A stretch of 63,398 nt of DNA, counting the filler, from Octopus bimaculoides (lineage: Eukaryota): the NCBI RefSeq assembly GCF_001194135.2. It is 6 parts of 5 records of this genome, joined end to end, with 100 filler letters (N's around TTAATTAATTAA, not from the genome) between each part and the next. Parts side by side here need not be neighbours in the genome. Positions count along the whole stretch, not along the records: positions 45,198 to 60,991 come from NC_068989.1; positions 61,092 to 63,398 come from NC_068986.1; 4 more parts are not named here. One strand, given 5' to 3'. Under the pieces are notes generated by a model. It was given only the letters and a program-made list of their open reading frames with translations, was not told the origin of the DNA and searched no databases. The translations under genes were made by a program, and so were the position numbers. How positions within the stretch are numbered: the first letter of the stretch is position 1; every line of letters starts with the position of its first letter. Below are positions 49,053 through 61,305 of the stretch, piece by piece.

Positions 49053-49743
49053 GAAATAAGAATCGTTAGCATGAATGAAGGTTGTTTAAGGATGATGAAC
49101 GAAACACCCGTCTTTCCAGACCCCAAAAGAATCCCTCTCATCTCATAGTTATGATGCACCCCAGCTACTCCTGCTCGTGGTCAGAGATGGGGATTTTACA
49201 CGTTCCACAGCTCATTTACATAGAAACTTGTATTCACAAGGGTTAATTTTTCGTTTTAACTTTATATTTGCAAACAGCCATTTTTTTGCTACCTTTTATT
49301 TGTGAGCATTTGGCTGGCTCTACCTGTATTAACTTTGCAGTAATAAAGGTATATTTTTTAAAACACAAAGACTACATCTCTTGCCATATTTCTATACCTA
49401 TTGGAGTCGTGCCATACATACACATCGTAGCATTTTCTCATACTGAACAAACTCTCTTACTAAATTGGTGACCCAGCTGCAGATCACTCATTCAACACCA
49501 TCAACAACAATGTTCTCGCTTAATTAACTCTCCCTGCTAAACACATATCGTCAGCCACTAAAGAACATATTCCAATGGTTGGGGTCAGACAACTCATAAG
49601 CAAATCTGTGGCACTCAGACAAAACTTGTGCATGATAATAATTCCAATCAGTTAAGATCCGAAGCCATGAGAGCCAGTGTTTGGTATTATTCTTTTATTC
49701 TTTTATCAGTTTCAGCTCAAAGCTGCGACCATGCATATTATTA

Positions 49744-49846
<103 letters not shown>

Positions 49847-49860
49847 CATGNNNNNNNNNN

Positions 49861-50760
49861 AAGACACTAGGTGCCAATGAAAACGACCTGGCTAGTCTGT
49901 TCCGGAGGAGGTTCCGGTCGGGAATTATCATGGATAATTCCCAGATGTCCTTGACCTGGCAGTGCTACCGGGGTGGGGTTGGGTGGTGGCTACCAGTTCG
50001 AGATAAACTCTACAGACACGGATGTGCTGTCAGACGAGCTTGTCCGAGGTACGCTTAGAGTGACGAAACCGGTCTGCACGTCTTCGTTCAGTGTCCGGAC
50101 ATTGTTGATGTAGGGTTATGTTGCACAGCTACTGTCCTGTGAGGGACGGATCCGTCTGTCGGCCGGGACTGTAGTGATGATCGCACCGCGGCCCTTCTTC
50201 AATCGGGCAGGCAAAGCAGTTTTCCTTTGCCTGGTGGCTGTGGCGAAAGAGCTTGTTTGGTGGACAAGGCTGAAATGCATGAGTTCAGATACATTCCTCT
50301 TTGGTAGAGCACTCATTGACTTCTTCAAGTTTCACTTGAAAAGAAAATTGAGAGTGGAGAGGGAAATGCTTTCCTCGAGTGAGTTTATTGAAAGGCGGGT
50401 GAAAGTTACGAAAATGGCAAGAGTGGATGGTACCTCTCTAAGTGTAGACCTGTGAATCGGAGAGAAGGAATTGGAGAGGACAGTTGCTCTTGATGGTCAG
50501 GAAAATCTCGGACAGTGGGGTCCCTCGATTATCCATAGAGGTCATCTTGTATGAGGCGGGCCACATCTCTATCATCCTCCCTACCACATTTTTTAAAACC
50601 TTTGTATGTTATTCATATGTCCCTTCTTTTTCAGTGTATACCGTGTATACTTTCTTTCTTTCCTTTTCTTATCATTTCGTTATATGTAAACCCCGACACT
50701 TTATGTTGTCTTTGTATGGTCCCCCTCATCCTTCGCCCTTGTGACAAATAAATGAAATCG
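49861..50760 (+). mobile_element. Tx1/L1-clade LINE ORF2 3' end (zf-RVT/CCHC region) and 3' UTR
   Basis: SLTWQCYRG / LPVRDKLYRHG...CPR...ETGLHVFVQCP / FLCLVAVAKELVWWTR...FFKFHLKRKLRVERE...KMARVDGTSLSVDL*. Confidence 0.75.
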
Positions 50761-50767
50761 TTATTAC

Positions 50768-50828
<61 letters not shown>

Positions 50829-50830
<2 letters not shown>

Positions 50831-51012
50831 GGCGGTGAGCTAGCAGAATCGTTAGCACGCCGAGCGTAATGTTTGGTGGTTTTTTGCCCGTCCGCCGAGG
50901 TCGACTTTACCTTTCATCCTTTCGGGGTCGATAAAAAAGTACCAGCTGAGTACTGGGGTCGATGTAATCGACTTATCCCTTGCCCCTAAATTTCTGACCT
51001 TGTGCCAAAATT
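50829..51012 (+). mobile_element. SINE family B after a (TTA)n tract
   Basis: aggcggtgagctagcagaatcgttagcacgccg...gaggtcgactttacctttcatcctttcggggtcgat. Confidence 0.8.
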
Positions 51013-51065
51013 TTGGAATCATTATTAATTGTGTTATTGTTGTTGTTGTTGTTGTTGTTGTTGTT

Positions 51066-51781
51066 AATGAGTGAAAGAGCAGTGCATGCCATCAAAGTGA
51101 CACTGGGGTAAAATATACGAAGCCCATTATACCCATCATGACTACCCGTCTGATAAGGGTACACCAGGCACATGCATCACAACCATATGTGCGCGACATG
51201 ATGATCTCATATCAAGATTAACAGCGCATGACCTTGCAGGTGGGACCCAGTTAAAATTTCCTTCAGGCCGAGTAGTCCATGGCACTCAATAGGTCCCTAC
51301 ATAAGGGTTGTTTAAGGATACTGGAGGAAACACCCCTCTTTCCAGAGGCGAGTAATTCAAACCCTGAAAGAACCCCTCTTAACTCGTGGCTATGATGCCC
51401 TCCCCACCTCACTACTCCTGTTCGTGATCAGAGATGTACATATCGCCAACCACCTGGGGACATGCTCAAATGGTTAAGGCCCAACAACTGACGAGCAAAT
51501 CTGCGGGTTCTAGTAAGTACGATCGCCACTACAGCCTAGCTTCAGCGGAGGGCCTACAAGGACGGGTCGATCGAGCTCGGTACTCTCCGACGCTTGGCCG
51601 CTCCTGTGTGCAGGTCGCTTTCGAGGCAAACCCAACTCAAGCGCAGTAGGAAACCCCAATGACGGACCCAGGGCAAAATATTGATTGTAGCCCATCTTTT
51701 ACACCAGGACAAAACATGTACATGTTAACAATTCCAATCAGTTAAGATCAGGAGCCATGAGAGTCACTGCCTGGTATTGCA

Positions 51782-51783
<2 letters not shown>
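51066..51783 (-). mobile_element. Interspersed element with a 5S rRNA-like head and (AAC)n tail (candidate SINE3)
   Basis: The minus-strand 5' end has blocks collinear with 5S rRNA: ATACCA, CCTGATCT, CTGAT, GGAA, CCTGGT, GATGGG. Partial copies at 49068-49200 and 49610-49690. Confidence 0.4.
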
Positions 51784-51851
<68 letters not shown>

Positions 51852-52152
51852 TTATGTTTGACTTTTGTTTTGCATTTGTACAAGTTGGATCCAAGTCTCA
51901 CCCAGAGACCTCAAGAGACAAGTTAGAAGTTCATGTAGGTCTTATGCCTAGGGTACCATATATTTGGATTTGTACATAGTGTTGTTCTAGAGAATGTTTA
52001 AGAAACCATAAGAAAATTATGTGTTTGTTTCAAAATTTGAGATCACATAGACAGTATTTTACGTAGGATATGGGCAGTTCCCATGAGCACTATCTTTTGA
52101 ACTTCAGCCATTTTGGGGTTTCCTGGTATCTGAGCTAGGTAGTAATCAGCCC
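51852..52152 (-). mobile_element. R4/Dong-type LINE 3' end flanked by (TAA)n on both sides
   Basis: ADYYLAQIPGNPKMAEVQKIVLMGTAHILRKILSM*. (TTA)n at 51785-51851 and from 52153. Confidence 0.85.
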
Positions 52153-52648
52153 TATTATTATTATTATTATTATTATCATTATTGTTATTATTATTATTAT
52201 TATCATCAGAACTTGTTAGTGCTATAGCTACCTCTACTATTACTAATACATCAACATTATATGTAAATCACCGCCGCCGTCATTATCATCAACACCGACA
52301 TGTTCATTAACGCTATCAATTTTCTCATTATAACCTTCAGCATTATCAACCTCGCGAACGATAACAGTAACAACAACAACATCATCATCATCATCATCAC
52401 CAACGCCGCAAAACTACAAGCAACAACAACAACAACATACAGAATAATAACAACAACAGCGACAACGATGATATCAAGCCCAACAACGAACGCAACCCTA
52501 CCACCGCCACCACCACCGACAACAACAACAACAACAATGGTCAAAAGATGTTTTGAAGTACTTTATGTTCTTTATTTTATCATTAATCAGAAACTATAAA
52601 ATTACAATTGCACCACAATGTCTGCCAGAAACTTTTGAACCATAATAC

Positions 52649-52706
<58 letters not shown>

Positions 52707-52707
52707 C

Positions 52708-52740
<33 letters not shown>

Positions 52741-52779
52741 TTCTATCTACTTTTTTTACTTCCTCCTATTTTGTTCTTG

Positions 52780-53548
52780 CACCGCTTCTTTAGCTTCTTT
52801 TCCACCTCCTCCTCCCGGTCTATTCTTTCTTCTTCAACTCCTCCTCCTCTCCCTACTCTCTCTCCTCTTCCTACTCCTCCTCCTCCTCCTACTACTACTA
52901 CAACTATATGCTTCTTTTTTACCCCCAACTTCTAATTCTTTCTCTTCTTTCCTTTTACTTCTGCTTCTTTTTTTTACTTCCCCTTCTTTTCTTCTTCCAT
53001 TACTTCTTCTCCATCTTCTTCATCTCCTCCTCCTTTTCCTTTTTCATCTTCTTCATCATCTTCCTCTCCTCGTACCTCCTCCTCCTCTCCTCTGGCTCTC
53101 GTCTTCCATCTCCTTTTTTCTCTGCCTTTTCCTCTTCTCCTCCTCCTACTACTACTATTAGTTCTTTTTTCCCCTACCTCTACTTCCTCTTCTTTTCTTC
53201 TTCCTTTTCCATTGTTTCTTCTTCTTCTTTTTCTTCTTCTTCTTCTTCTTCTTCTTCTTCTTCTTCTTCTTCTTCTTTTTCTTCTTCTTCTTCTTCTTCT
53301 TTTTCTTCTTCTTCTTCTTCTTCTTCTTCTTCTTCTTCTTCTTCATCATCATCATCATCATCATCATCTTCTTCTTCTTCTTCTTCTTCTTCTTCTTCTT
53401 CTTCTTCTTCATCATCATCATCATCTTCTTCTTCTTTTTCTTCTTCTTTTTCTTCTTCTTTTTCTTCTTCTTCTTCTTCTTCTTCTTCTTCTTCTTCTTC
53501 ATCATCATCATCATCATCATCATCTTCTTCTTCTTCTTCTTCTTCTTA
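52780..53548. repeat. Long pyrimidine-rich tract ending in compound (TCT)n/(TCA)n
   Basis: About 770 bp of almost only C/T on the plus strand. (TCT)n interrupted by (TCA)n blocks at 53220-53548. Confidence 0.95.
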
Positions 53549-53913
53549 GTGCTTCGAATAAACTATTACAAATTGCACTGACTTTTTCCGCACTTTACGT
53601 CCTGAGTTCGAATCTCACGGAGGGTCAAGTTTGTTATTTGTCTTCGCAGAATCAATAAATAATGTACAAGTCAGATATTGGTGTCGATATACTTCCCCAG
53701 CATTTCAGGCCTTGTCTCTGGACGAAACAATCATTACGGCAGCTGGTATCTAGTTTTGTTGTTTTATTTTGTGAGTTCAAGTCCTGTTGAAGTACATGTT
53801 AAGTAGCGGGGGCGATGGAACTTCTGCCGCAGGAATTATGTGGTCTCGTGCAATTAACAGAAATTGCTATCCTCCTCATCTATTTCCTCCCCCTCTTCCT
53901 CATCATCACCATC

Positions 53914-54292
53914 GTTGTTGTTGGCACTCCATCGCTTACGACGTCGAGGGTCCCAGTTGATCCGATCAACGGAACAGCCTGCTCGTGAAATTAACGTGCA
54001 AGTGGCTGAGCACTCCTCAGACACGTGTACCCTTAACGTAGTTCTCGGGGAGATTCAGCGTGACACAGTGTGACAAGGCTGACCCTTTGAATTACTGGCA
54101 CAACAGAAACAGGAAATAAGAGAAAGTTGTGGTGGAAGAGTACAGCAGGGGGTCGCCACCACACTCTGCCGGAGCCTCGTGGAGCTTTAGGTGTTTTCGC
54201 TCAATAAACACTCACAACGCCCGGTCTGGGAATCGAAACCGCAATCCTATGACCGCGAGTCCGTTGCCCTAACCACTGGACCATTGCGCCTC
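53914..54292 (-). mobile_element. Full-length SINE family A inserted in (CAT)n
   Basis: Reverse complement of the 28261 and 29583 copies, CpGs retained. catcaccatc flanks both ends. Confidence 0.9.
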
Positions 54293-54354
54293 ATCACCAT
54301 CATCCCCATCATTAACGACGTCGTCGTCTTTATCATCATTATCATCATCATCAT

Positions 54355-54650
54355 TGTGAAGTGAATCAGGAAGATGTTTCCCTTCAGTAAATTTGAGAAA
54401 ATGGCGCGAGTGAATGGATATAATTTCACCATGGACCTGTAGGTTACATAATGACAGACAGGAAGCACTTTCCATTGCTAGTCAGGGCGACATTGCATCT
54501 GTGTGGGGCCTTGAGTGACCCTAAGTGAAGGTCTTCCTCTCTGAGTTCTGTTTGTTTATCCTGTTGACTTTTCTTATCTTAATCTTTTTAACTCTTCTCG
54601 ATTCTGTGTAAACCTCCGCACTTTTTGTAAACTGTCTCTGTAATGTCCAC
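54355..54650 (+). mobile_element. Second Tx1/L1-like 3' fragment
   Basis: KMFPFSKFEKMARVNGYNFTMDL* parallels KMARVDGTSLSVDL* at 50455. Confidence 0.45.
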
Positions 54651-54844
54651 TTCATTCGTATCCCTCGAGGAAAATAAATGAAATAAACATCACCATGGTC
54701 GTCGTAGTCATCTTCGTCATCAGCATCATCATCATCATCATCATCGTTGTTGTTAAAATTATTGCTATTATCATTGTAGTTGTTACTCGCCGTAAATGCA
54801 CAAATGCCCCAGAACTTTGCATTATTATTTTCAATGATGCCTTC

Positions 54845-54995
54845 GAGTTTATGGTCGTACCAATATTTTTCTGTGTCCAATGGACAAGCCTTGCTATATT
54901 GTTATGGCGTCTCTTATATTCCTTCTGGGTTAGTGGCGTACATTGACTGGTAATATGCCATACGTTTTCACCATTTTGTCCACAAATTCTGCACA
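54845..54995 (-). mobile_element. R4/Dong-type LINE fragment (CCHC knuckle)
   Basis: CRICGQNGENVWHITSQCTPLTQKEYKRRHNNIARLVHW. Confidence 0.85.
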
Positions 54996-55059
54996 TCATT
55001 TTCTGATGTGTAGGTTTTGTTGGAACTCCTAGAGTCTTACATGCGTAGCGGGCTTGCTA

Positions 55060-55880
55060 CCTGCACCCTACGGTACCATGCTATCCATTCTTTTCAGCTA
55101 TCTAATACTTACCTGATTATTCTGGCCGTGCCAGGGAGGCAAACCTTTTGTAAGAGCTCTACTGGGCACTCTATTCCAATTTCTTTCATATATCTCTTGA
55201 TGCCTTCTGATACTGTTCTCAAGGACCTAACAATAATTGGCACTATCTTCACCTTCTTCATTTTCCATGGCCGGGGTATTTCATACTTAAGAGGGTTGTA
55301 TATATCTATCTTTTCGACTTCCGTCTTGACCACTCGTGGGTCAAAGGGACATGCAACATCGACTGTATAGCATATGTGGTGCACCTTGTCCACCACCACT
55401 AGGTCCGGTCTGTTATGCTCTAGCACCTGATCTGCGTGGATTGGGAAGTCCCAAAGGATTTTGCTACTTTCCGATTCCGCCACTCTCTGCGGTTTGTGAT
55501 CATACTATGTCTTGCCTTTCTCTAGCCTCCACTTTCCGCACAGTTCCTAGTGTCGCACTTTTGCTATCTGATCGTGTCGCCACAACTTATAGTTGTTTTG
55601 GGCAGAGCTAGGGCATTCGTTCGTGATATGGGTAATGGTTTCATCCGCTCTATTGCCGATGCGGTACAGCAGAAACACTCGCACATTCCTAAGGTTATCC
55701 TCTAATTCGTGGCCAAAGCTTGTTTTTGCGCTACTAATAAAGGGCTCTCGGTCTCATTTTTAGTGTTTCTTTCATCGGCCAATCCCATCTATTCTTTCCA
55801 GCAACCTATTTTGAGGCTATATAGAATTGATTGTATAGTCCATTCTTGCGTAATTCTTCTTCAAGTCCTTTTTGTATTTC
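55060..55880 (-). mobile_element. R4/Dong-type LINE fragment (CCHC + restriction-like endonuclease)
   Basis: DETITHITNEC, then KILWDFPIHADQVLEHNRPDLVVVDK...VDVACPFD...EKIDIY...ELLQKVCLPGTARIIR (PD..D RLE motif). Confidence 0.9.
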
Positions 55881-55923
55881 TTTCCTTGTTTCCCCTTTTG
55901 TTGTTGTTGTTATCATTATTATA

Positions 55924-55970
<47 letters not shown>

Positions 55971-56577
55971 CTTATATGTTTGGTTTTTGTTTTGTATTTG
56001 TACATGTTGACTCCAAGTTTCACCCAGAGACCTCAAGAGACAAGGGGTTAGAAGTTCAAGTTGGTGTTATGACTAGGGGGCCATATTTTTGGTTTTGCAC
56101 TGAGTATTGTTCTAGAGAACGTCTGTCAAAACATACGAAAATCAGAAGTTTGTTTTAAAAGTAATTTGATTATATGAAAGAGAGATCTTAAGATGACCGT
56201 AAACGGTTTCTACTATTAAGTACGTTTAAAAGTACATTTGACAATGTTTACAGATTAAAATGTTTTGGGGATTACACAGACAATATTTTTCGTAGGTTAT
56301 GAGCAGTTTCCATGAGCACAATTTTTTGAATTTCTTCCATTTTGGGATTTTTTGGTATCTGAAATAGGTAGCAATCAGCCATTATTGCAACCATTCCTTT
56401 GGCACCTTTGACAAAAGGTATTGTTTTAGTATCGAGGTTCCACATTTTGCCAATTTCTATTTCAAGTTCTTTATATTTGCTCAGTTTTTGGTAGGTCTTG
56501 ACAGATACGTTAATATCGATTGGGAGTCATTTCGATGAGGAGGCATGATTTTTGTCTGAGATCTGAAATGTCTGATA
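55971..56577 (-). mobile_element. R4/Dong-type LINE 3' end, same subfamily as 51852-52152, flanked by (TAA)n
   Basis: IDINVSVKTYQKLSKYKELEIEIGKMWNLDTKTIP...PKMEEIQKIVLMETAHNLRKILS. Shared 3' UTR ttgtacatgttg...cccagagacctcaagagacaag. Confidence 0.85.
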
Positions 56578-56658
56578 TTATTATTATTATTATTATTATT
56601 ATCATTATTATTATTATTATTATTGTTATTATTATTATTATCATTATTATTATTATTA

Positions 56659-56735
<77 letters not shown>

Positions 56736-56789
56736 GCCTTTACACAGCTTCTAACGCTGGAGATGTACTAGTGTCAGCTGATCACTACC

Positions 56790-57070
56790 AGTGAACTAAG
56801 GTACCCCTGTTCCATATCTAAGAAGTGAAACCGTCCAGATGTTTATAGCTTCAATTTTATTCCATCCGTTTAATTTCGACTTAAGGATCAGTCTCAGTCT
56901 GCGCAAGTACTCCACCTTAAATTTTTCTGTCATTTCTTTCTCCATCAATTTATCCATTTCCAATATCCCCAAGTACTTATAGCCCGTCTTTTCTATCTGC
57001 TTCATAACCTTCCCCGACGGTATCGCTAGCCCGTCCATATATTTGATTTTGCCTCTCTTCAAGACTTTTT
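56790..57070 (-). mobile_element. R4/Dong-type LINE fragment (RT C-terminal region)
   Basis: YKYLGILEMDKLMEKEMTEKFKVEYLRRLRLILKSKLNGWNKIEAINIWTVSLLRYG. Confidence 0.85.
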
Positions 57071-57080
57071 ATTATTACTA

Positions 57081-57132
<52 letters not shown>

Positions 57133-57135
<3 letters not shown>

Positions 57136-57335
57136 GGTGATGAGCTGGTAGAATCGTTAGTACGCGCGGCACAATGCTTATGATCATTTCATCCGGCTTC
57201 ACAGTCTGAGTTCAAATTCTGCCAAAATAAATTTTGCCTTTCATCCTTTCAGGGTCGATAATATAAGTACTGGGTTCGCTGTTATCGACCAGTCCTCCTC
57301 TCAAACCTTCAGGTCTTGTGCCTAGAGTAGAAAAG
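57133..57335 (+). mobile_element. SINE family B, decayed
   Basis: aaggtgatgagctggtagaatcgttag...ctgagttcaaattctgcc...ttgcctttcatcctttcagggtcgat. Confidence 0.75.
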
Positions 57336-57739
57336 ATTATCATCATCATGACCATCACCATCATCATCGTCATCATCATCTTCATCCTCATCACAACTGC
57401 CCATCGCTACCCATCTGGCTATCTAAAATGGCAGTATAAATGTAAATATAAATTTCTTTGACTGTATTCTTCCGAAGATAGACCTTTACGCCCGAAATAT
57501 AAAATGAAGTTTTTAAACTTTCTGCATTGTTAAAAGCTTTTCTTAGTTCACATTTCATTTATTATTCCACTATACTACAATGCTTCAAGCGAACTACAAC
57601 TCTCATCATAATTGCCTGTATTATTTCTAATTTGAAAATGCATAAAAGTAGTACCCTCTTCGTAGGCATACATTTGAAAGTTCACCATTATCAACGACTA
57701 ATGCTCAATGTTACTAACAAAAAAAAAAGATTTAAATGA

Positions 57740-58480
57740 TAGTTGTTGAAATTTACTGACGGTCTTAGCAATGATGTCGCTAGTTTTAAGTTTGATTTGA
57801 TTTGCCTCCAACACTCTTAGAAACTTGCTTGCTTCCTGAGTTTCAAGTTCCCGAAATTCTTCATTCTTTAACGGTTCCAATAATGCCTTGTTTGCCTTTT
57901 GTTTTGTATCGTTTATTTTTTTCCTTTTTTTTTTGTTTTTTTTTCCTGCGGCCTTTTATGTTGACGTGGCCCTGACACATTTTTTCTGTTCCGAATACCA
58001 TCCTTATATCTTTGCCGACCGTTTGGACTGTTTCTCGAATACCGATTCCCTAGAGTTATTTGATGTAACAAACAGCTCCAATTTATCCACCAAGAATAAG
58101 GCACCTCCTTTCATTGTGTTGCCAGATGTTTTCTCAACTCTCGGACTCATTCACTCAACGATACCAGTTCCAAATAAAAGAGTAGAGCAACAATGAATCC
58201 CCAAGTGGAATACCATTGTTAATTTACAGCTTATTTCTGATGAGGTTCTCTCCCTTGAGTACATTAAGATCGACCTCGACCTATATGTTACCGTTTCATT
58301 CTGCTATCCTTGGCTAAATGCAAGGTATTTGTTATCCAGCCATGTGATATCTTCTCCTATACTTTCTTATAATATTTTCTTTCTCTTGCATAGAGTCAGT
58401 TTTTTTCTTCGATTTTCCTCATCATAAATCGATCCTGGCTCTCATAATCACCTATCACACCTTTCCGTTCTTTTGGAAAA
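57740..58480 (-). mobile_element. Highly degraded R4/Dong-type RT core
   Basis: Frameshifted remnants NGIPLGDSLL (GIFQGDSLSP-like), FLVDKLELF (YMDDLKL-like), DIRMVFGTEK and KFLRVLEANQIK. Confidence 0.6.
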
Positions 58481-58519
58481 CCAGTGATAGTGATTCTATA
58501 CACACGATTGATATGTCGG

Positions 58520-58910
58520 GAATAGCAATCAAATTCCCATTGTATCCTCTTAGAAATGGAAGGACATTTTAGATAATGAAGTTCTAGATATACTGAATCT
58601 GTATATAAAACATAATGCTTGGATTAACCCGGGACTAAGCGGCAAAAATAAGGAAGAACACATTTAAAGATGTAGTCCTTAATATACTTCACCTGAATAC
58701 AAAATGTAGGATGATCATGACGGGCAGACCTTTGGCTATAGGTCTGTTGGGTCATAACTGAAATGGGGGCAACACAACAAGGAAGGATAAGTTAAATAAG
58801 GTACTCCTAGATACACAATGCCTGGCTGAAAGATAGTGTGATCACCATTAATCTTTAATCATAGGTCTACTGGATCAGGGCTAACCTGGGGTTAAAGAAC
58901 ATCAACAATA
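58520..58910 (+). repeat. Degenerate tandem trimer of a ~130-bp repeat (family E)
   Basis: Three recurrences of aggaca(c/t)att...ataatg(t/a)ag(t/c)cctaga(t/c)ac, and two of ataggtct...gg...ggg. Confidence 0.45.
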
Positions 58911-59097
58911 TAGACTTTCCTCAGTTTATGTTTATGAATGGAGACATAAACTTGTCCTCGTTTATTTATTGCAGTCTTGGCGCATTTTATTGATGATTAT
59001 CAGGATAGTGATGGGATTGTTTACCATGTGTTTGAGGTAGTTAGGTGTGTTGAACAGAAGGAGATGGCTAGAGCGAAGTTCTAGTTATCTTGGTGAG

Positions 59098-59232
<135 letters not shown>

Positions 59233-60226
59233 GTGCGTAAGTTAATGTGTGTTGTTTAGTGTCAACAGAAATTTGTTGTAATCTTATTGCGTCACCTCTT
59301 CTGTTATCTTTATTGTTTTTGCTGCAAGATGTTCTTCAGAGTAATGTAAAATGCGAATAGTGTTATCTAAATGTGTATTACGTTGATGAGTTTCTGCCAG
59401 TTACATTTTAAACCACTTCTATTTCTATTGTGTCGACGCGTCTCATTAGCTTTCAAGTGATGCTTGTGGTAGATATGCAATGGAACCTGATTTTAGCAAT
59501 TTTATGCAGTCTTCACCGCTGTTTGGTCAGTAATATTAAATTTATGTAAAATTCAATTTATGGCTGTCTTTTCTGCATGCGGCTTCAGTGCTTGTAGGTA
59601 TCTGAGTCTCATCCAACTAGCACAAATGTTGTGAACAAAAACTTCTGTTACGACATTAAGAAGTATGGACAGTAATAATAGATGGTATGTAGCCTAAAAA
59701 CTGTAGAACATCTCTAAATAACAAATGTCACCTGTTTGGTGGAACCAAGTGGCTTCTGTTATGTACGACTCGAAATCACACGCTGAACTAATATCAGCGT
59801 AAAGTAAGTCCGAATTAGAGATTTAAAACCGATGTTCTAGAAGTGGTATGCTCTCTCTCTCTCTCTCTCTCNNNNNNNNNNNNNNNNNNNNNNNNNNNNN
59901 NNNNNNNNNNNNNNNNNNNNNNGAGACAAGGTGTACGTATGCCGCTATATATATAAATAATACAGAATGGGACAAAGACGCAAAACATCCAGACAGTTAC
60001 GTGATACAAGAAAGGGACAAAACATCCAGATAGACGATACAAGGAAACAAGGACAGGTCATTCGGAGTTTTCTTTCCTTAGTCGAGATCCAGATTATCCT
60101 TGCAATTTCGGCTGGTTATTCTCGATATTGCTCCAATCTGGCCAGCCCCAAGAAAAAACTAAGCTAAGAGCATTAGATTCCTTGAAAGAAAGCAGCGAAC
60201 GTACACAAAAACACTCCTGCGCCTTA

Positions 60227-60263
<37 letters not shown>

Positions 60264-61170
60264 AGTGGCTAGTCGCATTTTGAACCAAAAAAGGCAGAAG
60301 TACAAGCGTCACTCAAAGTGACTAAGGGTACAACTAAGCACCAGCATTGCCAGAAATAAGAGTTAAAACAACTCTTAGCCATGAAGAGAACATCTTTTGT
60401 TAGAAAAACACTTTGTCAGTCTATAGACTGACAAAGGAGAATAGCTCCCTATGCAAGCGAGGGCACCATATCACGGTGATTTCGAATCAAATTAATCCTC
60501 ATCGGTGACGTTTCTCACTCCGTTGCCCAGGATTAAAGCTACCTCGCCTTCTCAGTTTATTTGTTGATTCCGTAAAATGGTAAAATGTCGTAGCATGTAT
60601 AAAAAGTCAATAGACGACATATTATTCAATATAAAATAGTATACATTTAAACAAAGAGAAATTATCTATTACAGGCACTACACGCTAGGAAACAGTTAAA
60701 ACGACCGAAAACCACAAAATTTGAGCAATTTCAAAGGGAATGAAAAAATAAAAACTTTTACTTTGTTTTTATGGTTAGACCTATAGGTTACGAATTTTTT
60801 TAGTAAATAAAATAATTTACTAGACAAATTCTCATCAGTAACCGAGCCATCAAAGAGTAGCCTATAATTATGAGACCAATAGCACGTGTCCCATCTTTAT
60901 ATGTTATAATTTTTTCAAAATCCACCACGCAAGCGCAGTTTCAGTCGGCAGAAAATGAAAAATGCCGAAACGAACTTTGAAATGCTAATATNNNNNNNNN
61001 NNNNNNNNNNNNNNNNNNNNNNNNNNNNNNNNNNNTTAATTAATTAANNNNNNNNNNNNNNNNNNNNNNNNNNNNNNNNNNNNNNNNNNNNTATATATAA
61101 CCATCAAGACTATTGAAAAGGTTGCAAGACGCAGCGAAAATTTTATGAAAAAAGAAAAAAAAGAAAAAGA

Positions 61171-61305
61171 AGTGGAAATTTTACCGGTGAGTGTGTTATA
61201 TTTTAAGGCACAATAAGAAAATTACTCTCCCCAGACACAACAGAATATGCTTCAAGACACGAAATCACATAAAAAATCTTGCAAACCAAATTCAAAAACG
61301 AAATA
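61171..61305. mobile_element. Right arm of the MITE family seen at 28706-28990
   Basis: ccggtgagtgtgtt...ctctccccagacacaa...atgcttcaagacacgaa...tcttgcaaaccaaa is the inverse of 28712-28830. Confidence 0.7.

Noticed and set aside
59925-60190. Hammerhead-like remnants on the minus strand (GGCTGG..CCAGCC-GAAA; CTAAGGA..CTCC-GAAT)
   Set aside because: Catalytic core nucleotides are missing, so at most this is a decayed pLTR.
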